DNA of 64,000 bases, taken from the NCBI GenBank assembly GCA_964016885.1, contig OZ024741.1, forward strand, positions 263,438,001 through 263,502,000. Reading direction: 5' to 3'. Shown here one piece after another: positions 55,901 to 64,000 of this stretch; positions within the stretch are counted from its first letter, which is position 1; every line of letters begins with the position of its first letter. Below the pieces are notes generated by a model, which did no database searches, was not told the origin of the DNA, and saw only the letters and a list, made by a program, of their open reading frames with translations. This DNA comes from Eledone cirrhosa (taxonomy: Eukaryota). The position numbers and the translations under genes were made by a program.

Positions 55901-58900
55901 CTCAATTCACAGAAGAAGCAGCTATACCTGGAGTGACTCCACTGATTCTTTCCTGAGACATTCTTTCCACATGCCCATGGTGTCCGAACTGTGATCTCTC
56001 AATTCGGAGAAGTGGCAGCTATACTCTGAGTGAGACCACTGATTCTTTCCTGAGACATTCTAACCAGATGTTTGTAATATCGGAGCTGTGATCTCTCAAT
56101 TCGGAGAACTAGCAGCTATACCTGGAGTGACTCCACTGATTCTTTCCTGAGACATTTTAACCACATGTCTGTAATATCAGAGTTGTGATCTCTCAATTCA
56201 GAGAAGAAGCAGCTATACCTGGAGTGACTTCACTGATTCTTTCCTGTGACATTCTAACCACATGTTTGTAATATCGGAGCTGTGATCTCTCAATTCGGAG
56301 AAGTAGCATCTATACCTGGAGTGACTCCACTGATTCTTTCCTGAGACATTCTAACCACATGTTTGTAATATCGGAGCTGTGATCTCTCAATTCGGAGAAG
56401 TAGCATCTATACCTGGAGTGACTCCACTGATTCTTTCCTGAGACATTCTAACCTCATGTCTGTAATATCGGACCTGTGGTCTCTCAATTCGGAGAAGTAG
56501 CAGCTATACCTGGAGTGACTCCAGTATTTCTTTGCTGAGACATTCTATCCAACTGTTTGTAATTTTGGAGCTGTGATCTCTCAATTCGGAGAAGTAGCAA
56601 CTATACCTGAGTGACTCCAGTATTTCTATCCTGAGACATTCTAACCACATGCCCATAGTGTCCGAGCTGTGATCTCTCATTTCAAGCAGCTATACGTGGA
56701 GTGACTCCACTGATTATTTCCTGAGACATTTTAACTGCATGTCCATAGTGTCCGAGCTGTGATCTCTCAATTCAGAGAAGTAGCAGCTATACATGGAGTG
56801 AATCCACTGATTCTTTCCTGTCACATTCTAACCACATCTCTGTAATATCGGATTTGTGGTCTCTCATTTCACAGAAGTAACAGCTATACCTGTAGTGACT
56901 CCACTGATTCTTTCCTGAAAAATTCTAACCACATGCCCATGGTGTCCGAACTGTGATCTCTCAATTTAGGGCAGTAGCAGCTATACCTGGAGTGACTCCA
57001 CTAATTCTTTCTTGAGACATTTTAACTGCATGTCTGTAATATCAGAACTGTGATCTCTCAATTCAGAGAAGTAGCAACTATACCTGGAGTGACTCCACCG
57101 ATTCTTCCCTGAGACATTCTAACCACATGTTTGTAATATCAGAGCTGTGATCTGTCAAATCTGAGTAGTAGCAGCTATACCTGGAGAGACTCCACTGATT
57201 CTTTCCCGAGACATTTTAACCACATGTCTGTAATATCGGAGCTGTGATCTCTCAATTCGGAGAAGTAGCAGCTATACCTGGAGTGACTCCAGTATTTCTT
57301 TCCTGAGACATTCTAACCACATGTCTGTAATATCGGAGCTGTGGTCTCTCAATTCAGAGAAGTAATAGTTATACCTGGAGTGACTCCACTGATTCTTTCC
57401 TGAGACATTCTAGCCACATGTTTGTAATATCAGAGCTGTGATCACTCAATTCGGAGAAGTAGCAGCTATACCTGGAGTCAGTCCACTGATTCTTTCGTGA
57501 GACATTCTAACCAGATGTTTGTAATATCAAAGTTGTTGTCTCTCAATTCAGAGAAGAAGCATCTATACCTGGAGTGACTCCACTGATTCTTTCGTGAGAC
57601 ATTCTAACCACATGTCTATAATATCAGAGTTGTGGTCTCTCAATTCAGAGAAGAAGCAGCTATACCTGGAGTGACTCCACTGATTCTTTCCTGAGACATT
57701 CTTTCCACATGCCCATGGTGTCCGAACTGTGATCTCTCAATTCGGAGAAGTGGCAGCTATACTCTGAGTGAGACCACTGATTCTTTCCTGAGACATTCTA
57801 ACCACATGTTTGTAACATCGGAGCTGTGATCTCTCAATTCGGAGAACTAGCAGCTATACCTGGAGTGACTCCACTGATTCTTTCCTGAGACATTTTAACC
57901 ACATGTCTGTAATATCAGAGTTGTGGTCTCTCAATTCAGAGAAGAAGCAGCTATACCTGGAGTGACTCCACTGATTCTTTCCTGTGACATTCTAACCACA
58001 TGTTTGTAATATCGGAGCTGTGATCTCTCAATTCGGAGAAGTAGCATCTATACCTGGAGTGATTCCACTGATTCTTTCCTGAGACATTCTAACCACATGT
58101 CTGTAATATCGGAGTTGTGGTCTCTCATTTAAGAGAAGAAGCAGCTATAACTAGTGTGACTCAATTCAGAGAAGTAGCAGCTATACATGGAGTGAGTCCA
58201 CTGATTCTTTCCTGTCACATTCTAACCACATCTCTGTAATATCGGATTTGTGGTCTCTCATTTCACAGAAGTAACAGCTATACCTGTAGTGACTCCACTG
58301 ATTCTTTCCTGAAAAATTCTAACCACATGCCCATGGTGTCCGAACTGTGATCTCTCAATTTAGGGCAGTAGCAGCTATACCTGGAGTGACTCCACTAATT
58401 CTTTCTTGAGACATTTCTGTAATATCGGAGTTGTGGTCTCTCATTTAAGAGAAGAAGCAGCTATAACTAGTGTGACTCCACTGATTCTTTCCTGAGAAAT
58501 TCTAACCACATGTTTGTAATATGGGAGAGGGGGCTCTCTCAATTCGGAGAAGTAGCAGCTATACCTTGAGTAACTCCACTGATTCTTTCCTGAGACATTC
58601 TAACCACATGTCTGTAATATCGGAGCTGTGGTCTCTCAATTCGGAGGAGTAGCAGCTATATCTAGAGTAACTCCACTGATTCTTTCCTGAGACATTCTAA
58701 CCACATGTCTGTAATATCGGAGCTATGGTATCTCAACTCGGAGAAGTAGCAGCTATACCTGGAGCAATTCCAGTGATTCTTTCCAGAGACATTCTAACCA
58801 CATGTCCATAGTGTCCGAGCTGTGATCTCTCAATTCGGAGAAGTAGCAGCTATACGTGGAGTGGCTCCACTGATTCTTTCCTGAGACATTCTAACCACAT

Positions 58901-61900
58901 GTCTGTAATATTGGAGCTGTGATCTCTCAATTCGGAGAAGTAGCAGCTATACCTGGAGTGACTCCAGTGATTCTTTCCTGAGACATTCTAACCACATGCC
59001 CATGGTGTCCCAACTTTGATATCTCAATTTGGAGAAGTAGCAGCTACACCCGAAGCAACTCCAGTGATTCTTTCCTGAGACTTTCTAACCACATGCCTAT
59101 AGTGTCCGAACTCTGATCTCTCAATTCGTAGAAGTAGCAGCTCTACCTGGAGCGAGTCCACTGATTCTTTCCTGAGACATTCTAACCACATGTCTGTAAT
59201 ATCGGTTGTTGTGGTCTCTAAATTCGGAGAAGTAGCAGCTATACCTGGAGTGACTTCACTGATTCTTTCCTGTGACATTCGAACCACATGTTTGTAATAT
59301 CGGAGCTGTGATCTCTCAATTTGGAGAAGTCGCAGCTATACTTGGGGTGATTCCACTGATTCTTTCCTGAGACATTCTAACCACATGTCTGTAATATCGG
59401 AGTTGTGGTCTCTCATTTCATAGAAGAAGCAGCTATACCTGGAGTAAATCTACTGATTCTTTCCTAAGACATTTTAACCACATGTCTGTAATATCAGAGC
59501 TGTGGTCTCCCAATTCGGAGAAGGAGCAGCCATAGCTGGAGCGACTCCACTGATTCTTTCCTGAGACATACTAACAACATGTCTGTAATATCGGAGCCGT
59601 GGTCTCTGAATTCGGAGAAGAAGCAGCTATACCTGGAGTAAATCCACTGATTCTTTCCTGAGACATTGTAACCATATGTCTGTAATATCGGAGCTGTGAT
59701 CTCTCATTTCAGAGAAGTAGCAGCTATACCTGGGGTGAGTCTACTGATTCTTTCCTGACACATTCTAACCACATGTCTGTAACATTCGAAGCTGTGGACT
59801 CTCAATTCGGAGAAGTAGCAGCTCTACCTGGAGCGAGTCCACTGATTCTTTCCCGAGACATTTTAACCACATGTCTGTAATATCGGAGCTGTGATCTCTC
59901 AATTCGGAGAAGTAGCAGCTATACCTGGAGTGACTCCAGTATTTCTTTCCTGAGACATTCTAACCACATGTTTGTAAAATCGGAGCTGTGGTCTCTCAAT
60001 TCGGAGAAGTAGCAGCTATACCTGGAGTGACTCCACTGATTCTTTCCTGAGACATTCTAACCACATGTCTGTAATATCGGAGCTGTGGTCTCTCAATTTA
60101 GAGAAGTAATAGTTATACCTGGAGTGACTCCACTGATTCTTTCCTGAGACATTCTAGCCACATGTTTGTAATATCAGAGCTTTGATCACTCAATTCGGAG
60201 TAGTAGCAATTAAACCTGGATCGACTCCAGTGATTCTTTCCTGAGACATTCTAACCACATGCCGATAGTGTCCGAGCTGTAATCTCTCAATTCAGGGCAG
60301 TAGCAGCTATACCTTGTGTCGCTCCACTGATTCTTTTCTGAGACATTTTAACTGCATGACTGTAATATCGGTGCTGTGATCTCTCAATTCGGAGAAGTAG
60401 CAGCTATACCTGGAGAGACTCCACTGATTCTTTCCTGAGACATTCTAACGACATGTCTGTAATATCGGAGCTGTAGTCTCTCAATTCGGAGAAGGAGAAG
60501 CTATACCTGGAGTGACTCCACTGATTCTTTCTTCAGACATTCTAACGACATGTCTGTAATATCGGAGCTGTGATCACTCAATTCGGAGAAGTAGCAGCTA
60601 TACCTGGAGTCAGTCCACTGATTCTTTCGTGAGACATTCTAACCAAATGTTTGTAATATCAGAGTTGTGGTCTCTCAATTCAGAGAAGAAGCAGCTATAC
60701 CTGGAGTGACTCCACTGATTCTTTCCTGAGAAATTCTAACCCCATGTCTGTAATATCGGACCTGTGGTCTGTCAATTCGGAGAAGCAGCAGCTATAACTG
60801 GAGTGACTCCAGTATTTCTTTGCTGAGAGATTCTATCCATCTGTTTGTAATATGGGAGAGGTGGTCTCTCAATTCGGAGAAGAAGCATCTATACCTGGAG
60901 TGACTCCACTGATTCTTTCCTGAGACATTCTAACCTCATGTCTGTAATATCGGACCTGTGGTCTCTCAATTCGGAGAAGTAGCAGCTATACCTGGAGTGA
61001 CTCCAGTATTTCTTTGCTGAGAGATTCTATCCAACTGTTTGTAATTTTGGAGCTGTGATCTCTCAATTCGGAGAAGTAGCAACTATACCTGAGTGACTCC
61101 AGTATTTCTATCCTGAGACATTCTAACCACATGCCCATAGTGTCCGAGCTGTGATCTCTCATTTCAAGCAGCTATACGTGGAGTGACTCCACTGATTATT
61201 TCCTGAGACATTTTAACTGCATGTCCATAGTGTCCGAGCTGTGATCTCTCAATTCAGAGAAGTAGCAGCTATACATGGAGTGAGTCCACTGATTCTTTCC
61301 TGTCACATTCTAACCACATGTCTGTAATATCGGATTTGTGGTCTCTCATTTCAGAGAAGTAACAGCTATACCTGTAGTGACTCCACTGATTCTTTCCTGA
61401 AAAATTCTAACCACATGCCCATGGTGTCCGAACTGTGATCTCTCAATTTAGGGCAGTAGCAGCTATACCTGGAGTGACTCCACTAATTCTTTCTTGAGAC
61501 ATTTTAACTGCATGTCTGTAATATCAGAACTGTGATCTCTCAATTCAGAGAAGTAGCAACTATACCTGGAGTGCCTCCACCGATTCTTCCCTGAGACATT
61601 CTAACCACATGTTTGTAATATCGGAGCTATGGTATCTCAACTCGGAGAAGTAGCAGCTATACCTGGAGCAATTCCAGTGATTCTTTCCAGAGACATTCTA
61701 ACCACATGTCCATAGTGTCCGAGCTGTGATCTCTCAATTCGGAGAAGTAGCAGCTATACGTGGAGTGGCTCCACTGATTCTTTCCTGAGACATTCTAACC
61801 ACATGTCTGTAATATTGGAGCTGTGATCTCTCAATTCGGAGAAGTAGCAGCTATACCTGGAGTGACTCCAGTGATTCTTTCCTGAGACATTCTAACCACA

Positions 61901-64000
61901 TGCCCATGGTGTCCCAACTTTGATATCTCAATTTGGAGAAGTAGCAGCTACACCCGAAGCAACTCCAGTGATTCTTTCCTGAGACTTTCTAACCACATGC
62001 CTATAGTGTCCGAACTCTGATCTCTCAATTCGTAGAAGTAGCAGCTCTACCTGGAGCGAGTCCACTGATTCTTTCCTGAGACATTCTAACCACATGTCTG
62101 TAATATCGGTTGTTGTGGTCTCTAAATTCGGAGAAGTAGCAGCTATACCTGGAGTGACTTCACTGATTCTTTCCTGTGACATTCGAACCACATGTTTGTA
62201 ATATCGGAGCTGTGATCTCTCAATTTGGAGAAGTCGCAGCTATACTTGGGGTGATTCCACTGATTCTTTCCTGAGACATTCTAACCACATGTCTGTAATA
62301 TCGGAGTTGTGGTCTCTCATTTCATAGAAGAAGCAGCTATACCTGGAGTAAATCTACTGATTCTTTCCTAAGACATTTTAACCACATGTCTGTAATATCA
62401 GAGCTGTGGTCTCCCAATTCGGAGAAGGAGCAGCCATAGCTGGAGCGACTCCACTGATTCTTTCCTGAGACATACTAACAACATGTCTGTAATATCGGAG
62501 CCGTGGTCTCTGAATTCGGAGAAGAAGCAGCTATACCTGGAGTAAATCCACTGATTCTTTCCTGAGACATTGTAACCATATGTCTGTAATATCGGAGCTG
62601 TGATCTCTCATTTCAGAGAAGTAGCAGCTATACCTGGGGTGAGTCTACTGATTCTTTCCTGACACATTCTAACCACATGTCTGTAACATTCGAAGCTGTG
62701 GACTCTCAATTCGGAGAAGTAGCAGCTCTACCTGGAGCGAGTCCACTGATTCTTTCCCGAGACATTTTAACCACATGTCTGTAATATCGGAGCTGTGATC
62801 TCTCAATTCGGAGAAGTAGCAGCTATACCTGGAGTGACTCCAGTATTTCTTTCCTGAGACATTCTAACCACATGTTTGTAAAATCGGAGCTGTGGTCTCT
62901 CAATTCGGAGAAGTAGCAGCTATACCTGGAGTGACTCCACTGATTCTTTCCTGAGACATTCTAACCACATGTCTGTAATATCGGAGCTGTGGTCTCTCAA
63001 TTTAGAGAAGTAATAGTTATACCTGGAGTGACTCCACTGATTCTTTCCTGAGACATTCTAGCCACATGTTTGTAATATCAGAGCTTTGATCACTCAATTC
63101 GGAGTAGTAGCAATTAAACCTGGATCGACTCCAGTGATTCTTTCCTGAGACATTCTAACCACATGCCGATAGTGTCCGAGCTGTAATCTCTCAATTCAGG
63201 GCAGTAGCAGCTATACCTTGTGTCGCTCCACTGATTCTTTTCTGAGACATTTTAACTGCATGACTGTAATATCGGTGCTGTGATCTCTCAATTCGGAGAA
63301 GTAGCAGCTATACCTGGAGAGACTCCACTGATTCTTTCCTGAGACATTCTAACGACATGTCTGTAATATCGGAGCTGTAGTCTCTCAATTCGGAGAAGGA
63401 GAAGCTATACCTGGAGTGACTCCACTGATTCTTTCTTCAGACATTCTAACGACATGTCTGTAATATCGGAGCTGTGATCACTCAATTCGGAGAAGTAGCA
63501 GCTATACCTGGAGTCAGTCCACTGATTCTTTCGTGAGACATTCTAACCAAATGTTTGTAATATCAGAGTTGTGGTCTCTCAATTCAGAGAAGAAGCAGCT
63601 ATACCTGGAGTGACTCCACTGATTCTTTCCTGAGAAATTCTAACCCCATGTCTGTAATATCGGACCTGTGGTCTGTCAATTCGGAGAAGCAGCAGCTATA
63701 ACTGGAGTGACTCCAGTATTTCTTTGCTGAGAGATTCTATCCATCTGTTTGTAATATGGGAGAGGTGGTCTCTCAATTCGGAGAAGAAGCATCTATACCT
63801 GGAGTGACTCCACTGATTCTTTCCTGAGACATTCTAACCTCATGTCTGTAATATCGGACCTGTGGTCTCTCAATTCGGAGAAGTAGCAGCTATACCTGGA
63901 GTGACTCCAGTATTTCTTTGCTGAGAGATTCTATCCAACTGTTTGTAATTTTGGAGCTGTGATCTCTCAATTCGGAGAAGTAGCAACTATACCTGAGTGA
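40933..64000. repeat. 97-bp satellite array with multi-kb higher-order repeats, running off the window
   Basis: Monomer AACCACATGTCTGTAATATCGGAGCTGTGATCTCTCAATTCGGAGAAGTAGCAGCTATACCTGGAGTGACTCCACTGATTCTTTCCTGAGACATTCT (for example 41234 to 41331). Identical ORFs recur at 44107, 49276, 54251, 59024 and 61928. Confidence 0.97.

Noticed and set aside
40933-64000. CRISPR array or tandem protein-coding gene
   Set aside because: There are no unique spacers. The 97-bp unit shifts frame and contains stops, and the repeated ORFs are by-products of the higher-order repeats.

Overview
AT-rich eukaryotic non-genic DNA, very likely a coleoid cephalopod such as octopus (inferred from the SINE families and dense (TA)n/(CA)n). 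No intact host gene is visible. Bases 1-26.8 kb are a nest of transposon remnants: two Penelope-like element (PLE) fragments, several minimal hammerhead-ribozyme motifs beside (TA)n tracts, a fold-back Merlin/IS1595 derivative, a decayed pogo (POGK-like) transposon, a small Helitron, many tRNA-derived SINEs, an RTE LINE 3' end, and a ~0.9-kb-arm fold-back carrying a young non-autonomous LTR element with an over-long tRNA-Trp primer site. Bases 26.8-40.4 kb are 34-bp and ~30-bp minisatellites; a Helitron sits inside the first and a hammerhead-bearing PLE end lies at their junction. Bases 40.9-64 kb are a 97-bp satellite with ~5-kb higher-order repeats whose monomer appears to derive from the coding C-terminus of an RTE LINE. 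All calls were made by eye; no database search was run.
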